In this document: in pieces, positions 15,322-24,304 of the stretch
Layout of the letters: the number at the start of each line of letters is the position of its first letter
How positions within the stretch are numbered: the stretch's first letter is position 1
Virus record (IMG/VR): IMGVR_UViG_3300020045_000961
Location: 1 to 30,615 of that record
Reading direction: 5' to 3' (one strand)
Source: a virus
Lineage: Duplodnaviria > Caudoviricetes
DNA: 30,615 nt
Made by a program: the position numbers and the translations under genes
The notes under the pieces: model-generated
What the model saw: the letters and a program-made list of their open reading frames with translations, nothing else
The model's database searches: none
Told to the model about the DNA's origin: nothing

Positions 15322-16737
15322 TTATTCCTTTGAAGCAATAACTTCGTTTATGATGTCTATTTGTGCAGATAGTTCTTGAATAGCCTTAACAATAATAGGT
15401 AACAATTTACCCGGAGTTGCTTCAATCCTATCTGGATTTTCTTTAAGAATCATATTTAATGAGCTCTCTACTCCAAACTTAGTTTGTAATGCATCGAGCT
15501 CTTGTGCAATAAATCCTAACTCTTGATCTCCTATTCTTTTTCCATCTCGTGTATTCCATGTAAATTGAACAGGACGAACTTCCTTAATAAAGTTTAATCC
15601 GATTGGAATACCTGCAATATTAGTTTTATCACGGCAATCTGATAAAGCAGTTACTGTTGATACATTTGCACGTAATACAGTATGCGAGGAATTCCCAAGT
15701 GTAATTGCATTAGAAGAGGTAGCCGTTGCTCCTTCAGCACTATCTCCTAGAAATAAGTTGTTAACACCTGTAGTATTTGTGCATCCTGCTGAGGCACCTA
15801 GTGCAACATTACACTGCCCTACATTATTACAATATAAAGAATTTCCACCTATAGCAACGTTTCTGCCTAAGGTATTAACATTTAATGCATTGTAACCAAT
15901 AGCAACATTATTAGTGCCAACAGTGTTTAAACCTAAAGTCCCTACTCCGATTGCTACATTAATCTGACCTGTTGTATTAATTGATAAAGCACCGCCACCT
16001 ATTGCAACATTACCTGCGCCGGTCATAGTAGCATTACCTGCACTAAATCCAACAGCTACATTACAGCATGAGGTAGGAGTATATGCATAAGTTGCACCTA
16101 TTACAGTAGGAGAGGCTGAACCAACAGATCCAGTATATCCTTGTGATCCAGAATATCCTCTAGATCCTATAAATCCTGAAGAACCTATAAAGCCGTTAGT
16201 TCCATTAGTGCCGTTAGTTCCATTAGTGCCGTTAGTTCCTGCGGAACCATTGTATCCTTTAGCACCTAACGTGGTGGATATTCTCCACCCTCCTAAGGTC
16301 GAATTATATGCAAGATGAACTTCGACACCTTGAACATCAACTATAACATCAGAAGTGCCTCCTTGAATAGTTTTTCCATTCCGTAGGATAGTAAGAGGAT
16401 GAACATTCCAATTTGCACCATCTAGAAAATCAATATAATCACCATCATTAGGAGAGACAGGTAGAGTAACATCTATATTATAAATTGAGCTACCTATCAA
16501 ATACCGATTATTAGAAGAAACGCTTGTGCTAGTTGTAATATATGTCCAATTGGGTAAATCACCTCTGGAACCTACATATCCAACTTCACCAGCAGCTCCT
16601 GTAGGACCTTGATTTAAAAACACTGCATTTGTATTAACAGTAATTGTTGATAAACTTTGAGTAATCGAAACAGAAGTATCAGTTGTATTAACTGAAATTA
16701 CAGGAGTAACTGTAGTTACTGTAAATGTATAACCCAT
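15322..16737 (-). CDS. Tail fibre/spike with C-terminal intramolecular chaperone (peptidase S74-like)
   Basis: Short collagen tract, N-V-A-I-G 14-residue repeats, and SDCRDKTNI...GFIAQE...IVKAIQEL. Confidence 0.85.
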   Translation of the reverse strand: MGYTFTVTTVTPVISVNTTDTSVSITQSLSTITVNTNAVFLNQGPTGAAGEVGYVGSRGDLPNWTYITTSTSVSSNNRYLIGSSIYNIDVTLPVSPNDGDYIDFLDGANWNVHPLTILRNGKTIQGGTSDVIVDVQGVEVHLAYNSTLGGWRISTTLGAKGYNGSAGTNGTNGTNGTNGTNGFIGSSGFIGSRGYSGSQGYTGSVGSASPTVIGATYAYTPTSCCNVAVGFSAGNATMTGAGNVAIGGGALSINTTGQINVAIGVGTLGLNTVGTNNVAIGYNALNVNTLGRNVAIGGNSLYCNNVGQCNVALGASAGCTNTTGVNNLFLGDSAEGATATSSNAITLGNSSHTVLRANVSTVTALSDCRDKTNIAGIPIGLNFIKEVRPVQFTWNTRDGKRIGDQELGFIAQELDALQTKFGVESSLNMILKENPDRIEATPGKLLPIIVKAIQELSAQIDIINEVIASKE

Positions 16738-16738
16738 A

Positions 16739-17239
16739 TTACGCTCCTATAACAATAGCAGTATATGTAGGATCTAAAATAGGATCACCTGGAGCTACAC
16801 CTGGCTCATAACTCTGTATGAATGCCCAGCGATGTGTATCTCTTTGAGGAGGAGAAGAGTTATCAGTCCAAGTAATACCTACTAATGTAATCGGAGTATG
16901 ACTTCTTGCATCAGGAAGAATTGGACCTGCATATAAATTAGAAGGAACAGTGATTGCTACAGTTGAGGTATTAACAACCGAAACATATGTTGAGGTATTA
17001 ACGACTCCTGAGGGAAAGTAACCTAGAATAGTTGAAGTAGCAAAATTAGGGGCACCTGTATTACGATCAAAACTAATTACATCTGCAACTACTGTTTGAT
17101 GTTCTACGAGGAAATTCCAAGAACTGATATCAACTCCAAAATCATATAGTAATGTCTTTTGTGTTGAAGGGAAAGTTTGTTCAGTTTGTAGTGAATCAGC
17201 GCCACCAACAAACTGGCTAAATTCTAGAAATCCTGCCAT
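16739..17239 (-). CDS. Putative virion/tail structural protein
   Basis: 166 aa, beta-rich, AGGAG RBS, first gene after TAAATA 17297-17302. Confidence 0.65.
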   Translation of the reverse strand: MAGFLEFSQFVGGADSLQTEQTFPSTQKTLLYDFGVDISSWNFLVEHQTVVADVISFDRNTGAPNFATSTILGYFPSGVVNTSTYVSVVNTSTVAITVPSNLYAGPILPDARSHTPITLVGITWTDNSSPPQRDTHRWAFIQSYEPGVAPGDPILDPTYTAIVIGA

Positions 17240-17296
17240 ATTATGCTCCTAAAGGGTAAAATAGCGAGCCTGAGGTCTCGCTAAGTTCATTGTTTA

Positions 17297-17302
17297 TATT
17301 TA
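17297..17302 (-). promoter_or_regulatory. TAAATA late-type promoter for the fibre operon
   Basis: Intergenic, flanked by hairpins at 17303-17322 and 17262-17283. Confidence 0.55.
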
Positions 17303-17328
17303 CCTATTCTTTTAGAAATAGGAACTTA

Positions 17329-17523
17329 TCACCATTTTTTAAGAGGGCAATGAGAGAGGGGTAGCATTACTTTTGCTTTTAAGAAACATCCGCAATTCTT
17401 ACATTTGACCCACTCCTTATCAAATTGATCACAACTCTTACATATTGAAAATCTTTCTAATGCAAGAGAGGGATCAACAATCTTGTCTTTAATTAATGCC
17501 TCTAATCGTTCTAAGGGACTCAT
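17329..17523 (-). CDS. Small Cys-rich protein (DUF6171-like)
   Basis: R..IC..C...C..CGCF..AK......CP..KW. Confidence 0.72.
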   Translation of the reverse strand: MSPLERLEALIKDKIVDPSLALERFSICKSCDQFDKEWVKCKNCGCFLKAKVMLPLSHCPLKKW

Positions 17524-17525
17524 GA

Positions 17526-19556
17526 TTAACTATATGTGAATGCTACATAAAGTGCAGGAGGAGAAGGTCTATTTGCAACGTATGTTAATCCATTATGATA
17601 TACATTAGTTGAGGAGAAGAAAAACGCATAATTATTACCTGTTACAAAACTAATAGCCGAAGTATTATATGTAATAGTTGTTCCTGAATTACTTTCTTCA
17701 GCCGCAGTAAAATTATGACCCGGGGCAAGGCCCTCACTTCCTAATTCTAGCCCAATTGATGTTCCTGTCCTATAAACTGGATTATTAAAATTAATAATTA
17801 AAGTATTAGAATTAGTGCTTGATGGAATTGTATATGATATTACTTCTAATTGAGGAACTGTTGTAAATCTCACTGTAGAGGTGGTTGTTATTCCGCTATA
17901 TTGAGGACTATAATACCTATCCGGATATACAAATGCAGTAGGATCAGTTGTAATAGTGTAAACAGTTGATGTAGTCATTGTTCCTAAAAATAATGTAGCA
18001 CTTCCTGTAGATGAATAAGTTAATGAATTAACTGAAACTGTTTGAGTGGACAACGAAGAAGAGCTTTGTTTAGTAATATATACATTTCCTGAGCCGGGAC
18101 CTGTATGTTTATCAAATAATAACACAGTAGAAGTTCCAGTGAAATTAGAGGTATTGTAAGTTGGTATTACAGAGGTTAATACAGGAGCAGGCTCACTAAT
18201 TGTCGTAAATTTAACTGTTGAGGTATTCACAATTCCTGTATAGGCATTGGGAGTTCCTGTATATATTTTATCAGAAGAATAAATTACTTGAGAATCACTA
18301 GTGAGAATATACGTAGTTCCAGGATCAATAGAAGAGGCTGAGAAATTTAAAGTTAAAGAAGATGTTGCAGTTGAATTTACTACCGTAGACGATGAAACAC
18401 TTAGAACAATACCTGTAGAAGTTGATCCTGTAGTTTTAGATAGATAGAAATTACCACTACCTTTAGTTATTTTTCTATCTAAAGTAAAGGATACAGAAGT
18501 TCCTGTAAAATTAGTCGAATTATACGAAGGTAAGATTGATGTTAATGCAGGAGGTGCAATTTCCGGCGGTGATGTAAAGTGTATTGTAGAAGTAGAAGAT
18601 ACATCAAAATAACCAGTAAGATTATTAGTATAACCTTTAGGTCGTAAAGGAGAATCATTAGTTACAACAAAATATTTTGTCGAAGGCTCTAAATTATTAA
18701 ATGCATCTAAATTTGGTAAAGTAACTATTCCTGTTGAAGTAGATACTGTATACCAAGTTCTATAAATCGTCGAAGTAGTTAACGGAAAAGGTTCTACATG
18801 ACTATACCATCTATTAATCTCTGGATTACCGGGAGCGAATTTTTTTAAAATAAAAACTCCGGTCTCTCCACCTGTAATCAGAGGAGCAACGGTCTGCTCT
18901 GATAATCCAAATTGTAGATATGTTGTTCCAGCAGGCTGACTACCTATTATAGGCTCCGGTGTGCCTATTACATTAAAAGTTGAAGTAATTGCTCCGACAC
19001 TAACAGGACCAGGTAAAGTAAAATTAATAAATGCATTAGTTCCAGTAGTAGGCAGATTTAATTTATTCTTAAATGCTGTTGAATCCCATGTAACTTTATA
19101 ATTTTCGCCTGCTTGAAAATTATTACTAGCAAAATTAAAAGTTGCTAAATTTTCATTAGTTGAGAATGTCGAACTTGAAACAGATATAGTAGCGGTAGTG
19201 GTATTGTTTTTTGTAATATAAACATTACCACTACCTTTGTATACATATTTGTCAAATGTTATTACAACAGACGGTGCTGCTGTTCCAGTAGTAATTGAGT
19301 TATCAGTAATAGTAAATCCGTAATTTACTCCATCAGATAAATTAGAGATATGATTTAACGGAGTTATATAATTTACAAAGGTAGGTGTTGCCCTCGAGGC
19401 AACAAACTCATTTCCTGATGTTACTGCAGGACTCTTTTTAAAATTGTTACCTACCTCTTTAATAAATCCCTCTCCTATTTTAACCTGATAAGTTTCGCCC
19501 TCTACAAATGTGATTCCTAGAGTAGAAAAATCTATATTAACTTTATTATTTGACAT
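17526..19556 (-). CDS. Ser/Thr-rich tandem Ig-like (Big_5/SbsA-type) tail protein
   Basis: Repeats of FDK...GSGNVYI.K...Y.....AF...FTT. Confidence 0.78.
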   Translation of the reverse strand: MSNNKVNIDFSTLGITFVEGETYQVKIGEGFIKEVGNNFKKSPAVTSGNEFVASRATPTFVNYITPLNHISNLSDGVNYGFTITDNSITTGTAAPSVVITFDKYVYKGSGNVYITKNNTTTATISVSSSTFSTNENLATFNFASNNFQAGENYKVTWDSTAFKNKLNLPTTGTNAFINFTLPGPVSVGAITSTFNVIGTPEPIIGSQPAGTTYLQFGLSEQTVAPLITGGETGVFILKKFAPGNPEINRWYSHVEPFPLTTSTIYRTWYTVSTSTGIVTLPNLDAFNNLEPSTKYFVVTNDSPLRPKGYTNNLTGYFDVSSTSTIHFTSPPEIAPPALTSILPSYNSTNFTGTSVSFTLDRKITKGSGNFYLSKTTGSTSTGIVLSVSSSTVVNSTATSSLTLNFSASSIDPGTTYILTSDSQVIYSSDKIYTGTPNAYTGIVNTSTVKFTTISEPAPVLTSVIPTYNTSNFTGTSTVLLFDKHTGPGSGNVYITKQSSSSLSTQTVSVNSLTYSSTGSATLFLGTMTTSTVYTITTDPTAFVYPDRYYSPQYSGITTTSTVRFTTVPQLEVISYTIPSSTNSNTLIINFNNPVYRTGTSIGLELGSEGLAPGHNFTAAEESNSGTTITYNTSAISFVTGNNYAFFFSSTNVYHNGLTYVANRPSPPALYVAFTYS

Positions 19557-19564
19557 TGCATTCC

Positions 19565-22360
19565 TTAGCTGATAGTGACCTGAGAATCACCGGGATATAT
19601 TTCTTTGATAACAGTATTAGAAGAGTCTAATATTTGAACAGGAGCAGGGCTATCATATATGTTAGCTGATATGGGTCTATCATACGACATTTCATATCCA
19701 TTTCCTGATTCTCCTGAGGTATTTATAGAAGGTCCTGCATCAGTAGTAAATCTAATTGCATTAGTATCAGCAGTTCCTCCCCATACACTATCACAGGACT
19801 CTATAACACAGTCACCAGTCGCAGTTACATAATAAGTAGTTCCAAATTTTAAATCTTTAGTTGGATTTAACCACAATATACTGCCGTTAGTCCAAATAAT
19901 CTCATTGGTTTTATTTGAAGTAAATGAGGTTGCAACATTAAATGATTGATGTAACGCTCCGCTTGCCTCATATAAAGTTAAGGTTCCAGAAGAGGCTAAT
20001 TTAATAGGAGCATTGAATATAATACCTATATTAGTTTGAGGATTAATTTTAGAATAATTTGCAATTTCTACAGGTAATGAATCAACTAAGTATCCTACAT
20101 TAAATAAAGATCCTGCAATATTAAACTGATATCCTGGGCCAGTTAATGCAATTGAGGAATTATTTGCTGAGGCAATATTACAGTCAGCACTAATTGTTGC
20201 ATCAGATACTATGCCTGCATCTGCCTCTACAAAATAAGTTGTTCCTCCAGCAACTAATCCTCCTAAAGAGGCTAGCACAATAGAGTTGCCTTCTGCAGTG
20301 AATTCATTCACTGGAATAACTGCTTGAGTAGATAAATCAGAGACTTTCTTTATATAAACATTTCCTGATCCTTTTAATATTTTATTATTAAAACTCATTG
20401 AGAAGGGACCATCTACACAACTGGAAGCAGCAATAGCAGTTACATATAATGCATTTGTTGCTGTGATAGTAGGAGGGGTCGTAAAATTAGAGCCTGTTGC
20501 ACTGTAAGGAGTAGTAACATATAAAGGAGTATTGAAATTCCAATCTCCTACTACTATCTCAGGAGAAAAACAAGTATCACAATATTTTACAAATCCCTCT
20601 TCTATTAATATGTAATAGTCTGTTCCAAAATCCCTATCCATAAATGGTAAACTAACAACATTTTTATCAATTGTAATACTTGATGGGGACATTGTTTGAA
20701 CTAAGGTTCCATCTGAAGTATATAGGGTAGCTAATCCTGAGCCTGGTTTTAATGGTCCATACATAGTCCCATCTGATAATGAATAATTTATATAAAAAGA
20801 TCCGTTAACAGGAACAGTATCGCTAGTAGATCCGGTATTAGGATCTAAATATGTTGTTCTGTCAGGTGGCAATTTATATTCAATATTTAAGGCACATATA
20901 GAAGTAGATGTAGAGGAAGTTGTTCCTGTAGAACCTCCCCCAGTTCCGCAACAATTAATTTGAACCACTGTTTCTGAACCTGCAGAAGCTACATTAACTC
21001 CTGATCCTACAAAATTAATAATACCAGTAGTGGAACTTATAATTGAACCTTCATCCTTAATTACTAATGATGTAGAAGGAGTTACAATAGTTCCACTAGA
21101 TGCTTGACCAATTAGATCAACTCCAGTAGCTGTAGAAAATAAGTCAAATACTTTCTTAAAAATACTGTTAGTTCCTGTGCTTCCGTTGAATAAACCATTA
21201 ACTGCATTTAATAGTTCAAGTAATGATAATGCTCCTACTAATCCTATCATAGTAGTATCTGCACTAACTGCCTGAGTGGTTTGAACAGGTGTATAAATGA
21301 ATCCACTAGGAGAACTATAAGGTCCAACAGTTGAGGAATTAAATCCTCTTGTCTTAATTAAAAAGTTACCCGATACCAGTGAATCATAACTAAATGGAAC
21401 AACAGTCCCGGATGTAAACACACCTCCTCCGGGAGGTTTAGCAACACCTATTAAATTATAGGTTCTGTTTGATTCAGTTAGTCCAGTATCTGAAGTTATC
21501 CAAAACTCTATTCCTTCAACAATACCTGTAGGGGATAAACTAGTTGCGGAAATTCTAGGACGAGCATCAACTTCAGTCTTAGTAACTATAGGTGTTCCTG
21601 GAACACCTATACTACCAATAGTAATAATTCCCGTAGTATCTCGACGAATAAATTTGTATAAATCAGAGACTGAATACACATTAGGATCATACGATAATGC
21701 CGTAATCTCCATGATAAGCGCACCATTATCATCTTGAATTTCACTTATAGAAATAATTCTATAAATTTGAGCAACTGAATTTACTCTAGTATCTAATACA
21801 TCGATTAATTGCCCTGCTTTTAATCCAATGTAACTATAATCAGTTTGAAATTTGATTACTAAATCTACTCTACTTTGTTTTAGTTCAATGATACCTAGTA
21901 ATTGAGCCTGCACAGGATCATTAATAATATCATAAGTTAGATTTAATGTATTATTTTCTTCGTTAGCATTGCGATCTATTGAAGGAATACTAATACCTAC
22001 AAAATCAGCTGAGTCTTTTAATTCTCTATGAGGGAATTGAACTTTAACATCGTTATATAGATTCGTTAATCCTGTTCCGCTTAGACTAATATTTCCAATA
22101 ATATTCTTATCAGAAAAACTTGCAGCACTTGTGCCAGTTGTATTGATTACAACTCCCCATTTTCCTTCTTGAACATCAAAGGAAAGCCAGGAGCCAGCAG
22201 CAGAACATAACTTATCTATGTTTGTTAGAACAGGTTGAGCAGTGTCTAATAATCCATTAATTTGATAGCGATCAGATAAAGTTAGAACCGAGGAACTAAG
22301 CTCATCAGTATAACTAACTGGCTCATCAGAAAAGGTGTTTAATTGTGCTAATGTATTCAT
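19565..22360 (-). CDS. Central tail tip/host-specificity protein (J-like core plus Fn3 and Ig-like repeats)
   Basis: RYQING...GKWGVVI, YNDVKVQFP, GQLIDV..YRIISISE...YDPNVY tip core, then Fn3-like and GSGNVYI Ig repeats. Confidence 0.8.
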   Translation of the reverse strand: MNTLAQLNTFSDEPVSYTDELSSSVLTLSDRYQINGLLDTAQPVLTNIDKLCSAAGSWLSFDVQEGKWGVVINTTGTSAASFSDKNIIGNISLSGTGLTNLYNDVKVQFPHRELKDSADFVGISIPSIDRNANEENNTLNLTYDIINDPVQAQLLGIIELKQSRVDLVIKFQTDYSYIGLKAGQLIDVLDTRVNSVAQIYRIISISEIQDDNGALIMEITALSYDPNVYSVSDLYKFIRRDTTGIITIGSIGVPGTPIVTKTEVDARPRISATSLSPTGIVEGIEFWITSDTGLTESNRTYNLIGVAKPPGGGVFTSGTVVPFSYDSLVSGNFLIKTRGFNSSTVGPYSSPSGFIYTPVQTTQAVSADTTMIGLVGALSLLELLNAVNGLFNGSTGTNSIFKKVFDLFSTATGVDLIGQASSGTIVTPSTSLVIKDEGSIISSTTGIINFVGSGVNVASAGSETVVQINCCGTGGGSTGTTSSTSTSICALNIEYKLPPDRTTYLDPNTGSTSDTVPVNGSFYINYSLSDGTMYGPLKPGSGLATLYTSDGTLVQTMSPSSITIDKNVVSLPFMDRDFGTDYYILIEEGFVKYCDTCFSPEIVVGDWNFNTPLYVTTPYSATGSNFTTPPTITATNALYVTAIAASSCVDGPFSMSFNNKILKGSGNVYIKKVSDLSTQAVIPVNEFTAEGNSIVLASLGGLVAGGTTYFVEADAGIVSDATISADCNIASANNSSIALTGPGYQFNIAGSLFNVGYLVDSLPVEIANYSKINPQTNIGIIFNAPIKLASSGTLTLYEASGALHQSFNVATSFTSNKTNEIIWTNGSILWLNPTKDLKFGTTYYVTATGDCVIESCDSVWGGTADTNAIRFTTDAGPSINTSGESGNGYEMSYDRPISANIYDSPAPVQILDSSNTVIKEIYPGDSQVTIS

Positions 22361-23130
22361 TATGTGTTTATCTCTGTTGGATCAATTCCTGCACCGTAAC
22401 GAGTATTAGTCATATAATCATATAAACAATCTCCAGGTTTATGCATAGAATTTGTTAAATGATATTTTACAGTCCCTAATCCTGTTACATTCTTATCTCT
22501 ATTGTAATCAACTTTAACAACTGAGAATATTAAATTATTCATTGTGTGTGTAGAAGTAGTCCAACCGGGAAAGTAAGAGGCAGCATTATCTAATTCGGTA
22601 TTTGTATAACCTGTAGGAGTTTGAGGAGAAGCACTTCCGCCTACATACGTTATAATGCTTACTTGACTTTGCAAAGAATAGTCAATGTTACTATCTCGAT
22701 CAACGGTATAATCTACGGTAATTCCATCAGTTTTAAAGATTATTCGTTGATCATTCCAATAGATATCTTCTACTAGATAAGTGCTTGCAAGTCCATCACT
22801 TAGTTTAGTCCCTGTCTTCTCAGTTAACGTAATTGCATAATACATTGTCTTATTAGTATTAGTCATTACTGCATCAGTAATGTTTCCACTAAAGAAAGCA
22901 GATCCATATAAGACAGGAATCTTTGAATCAGTATTTGGTGCAACCTGTAATCTAACGCCTGCGTCAATATTACTAGTATCACTATTGTTATCTTTAATTG
23001 CATTCTTAGATAGTTCGTTTGCAATTAACGCAATACCTGCTACCTTCACTAGTGAGGAAGCAATAGAATTCTCCGAGAAGAAATTAGAAACAGAATTACC
23101 TACCGAGGATATATCATCTAAAAAGCTCAT
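22360..23130 (-). CDS. Tail tip protein, N-terminal part of a J-like protein
   Basis: KIPVLYG and PGDCLYDYMTNTRYGAG motifs typical of siphovirus tip proteins. Confidence 0.75.
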   Translation of the reverse strand: MSFLDDISSVGNSVSNFFSENSIASSLVKVAGIALIANELSKNAIKDNNSDTSNIDAGVRLQVAPNTDSKIPVLYGSAFFSGNITDAVMTNTNKTMYYAITLTEKTGTKLSDGLASTYLVEDIYWNDQRIIFKTDGITVDYTVDRDSNIDYSLQSQVSIITYVGGSASPQTPTGYTNTELDNAASYFPGWTTSTHTMNNLIFSVVKVDYNRDKNVTGLGTVKYHLTNSMHKPGDCLYDYMTNTRYGAGIDPTEINT

Positions 23131-23687
23131 GTAGAGGCTCCAAAGTTAAAGTTACTTCTAGCTAATCCCGGAATGCGATCAAATGAGGCATCAGTAGGAT
23201 ACAATAGACGTTCATCGGTAGGATTAGTTCTTCGTCCTGTAATCTTGTTATCTAGCATCTCAATAATGTTAGTAGACACAATAGTTAGGACAATATTACC
23301 AGTATCGTTTGAAAGATCATCACTAATGCTAAAGTTAGAAACAACTCCTATAAATTTACCTACAAAATTAATTAAGGAGGCAGTATCTGGATTAAAGAAT
23401 CCTCTAGAAACAGTAATCTTACTTCCCTTAATCTTATGATCCAAAATATCAGGAATATTATTACTTGGTATTCCAGAAATACCAATCGTAAGTTCCTCCT
23501 GAGTTGCACGTAGACTACTTGTAGTTTGAGTAATAGATAATAGTTGTCCTAACCCGGTATAATCAACTCCTCCTTGTGATAATGTTTTATGATAATCAGA
23601 AAAGGTTAATACTTGATAAGAAGGAATATCAATCTTAACAAATATATTAGTTTGAATACTATTGTATGCTGAGAGATTGATAGTCAT
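23127..23687 (-). CDS. Minor tail/hub protein
   Basis: Likely start MTINLS at 23687 (TAATG overlap). YTGLGQLLSI, GRRTN and FNFG motifs, in the third position after the tape measure. Confidence 0.7.
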   Translation of the reverse strand: MTINLSAYNSIQTNIFVKIDIPSYQVLTFSDYHKTLSQGGVDYTGLGQLLSITQTTSSLRATQEELTIGISGIPSNNIPDILDHKIKGSKITVSRGFFNPDTASLINFVGKFIGVVSNFSISDDLSNDTGNIVLTIVSTNIIEMLDNKITGRRTNPTDERLLYPTDASFDRIPGLARSNFNFGAST

Positions 23688-24301
23688 TAAATTGCCTCTG
23701 CAAAAACAAATGCACCAGACCAACTTACTTGATCACGAGCAAAGATAGTCCATTGTGGGAAGGTAGTGCAAATGACATTCCAACTTACACTTTGTCCTAC
23801 TACTAGATTATATGTTCCAGTTGATTCCCTCACAGGGCGATGAACAGTAATATCATTGCTATTCCATGTTACGTCATTTACAATTGTATAAACACTTCCT
23901 GTTGAACCAAGTTGAATAAAATCTCCAGATTTAAATTTATATCCAGAAGTCAAAGTCGGGGTAGGACTTGTAATTGTGAGAGAGGTTCCTGTTGTAAAAG
24001 AAACTGTTAGTCCTGTAGTTGTAGAAAGATTACCTTGATAACCATTAATCCAACTTAAATCAGGTGAATTAATTTGAATAGTAGAAATTGTAGTTCTATC
24101 TAAGGCTTCCATTTGTTCAATTAATGGACGCATCTCAGTCCACTTAGGTCCTGAGGGAGGTGTTATCTCAAATGTCCAAATTTGTCCACCCATAGATGTA
24201 GTCTTAACAGTTCCATCTCGTGAAACAGTTTGAGAAATCTTTTTCTTTTTACCGAGGGAGATACTTGTTGCAGTATCTATAATAGTTTGAAATGCACCCA
24301 T
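23687..24301 (-). CDS. Distal tail protein-like
   Basis: Directly follows the tape measure. FKSGDFIQ..VY.IV and C-terminal F.F.E motifs. Confidence 0.68.
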   Translation of the reverse strand: MGAFQTIIDTATSISLGKKKKISQTVSRDGTVKTTSMGGQIWTFEITPPSGPKWTEMRPLIEQMEALDRTTISTIQINSPDLSWINGYQGNLSTTTGLTVSFTTGTSLTITSPTPTLTSGYKFKSGDFIQLGSTGSVYTIVNDVTWNSNDITVHRPVRESTGTYNLVVGQSVSWNVICTTFPQWTIFARDQVSWSGAFVFAEAI

Positions 24302-24304
24302 TTC

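Noticed and set aside
11278-22360. Diversity-generating retroelement or invertible fibre cassette
   Set aside because: No reverse transcriptase, no adenine-variant repeat pair noticed, and no recombinase or inverted gene copies.
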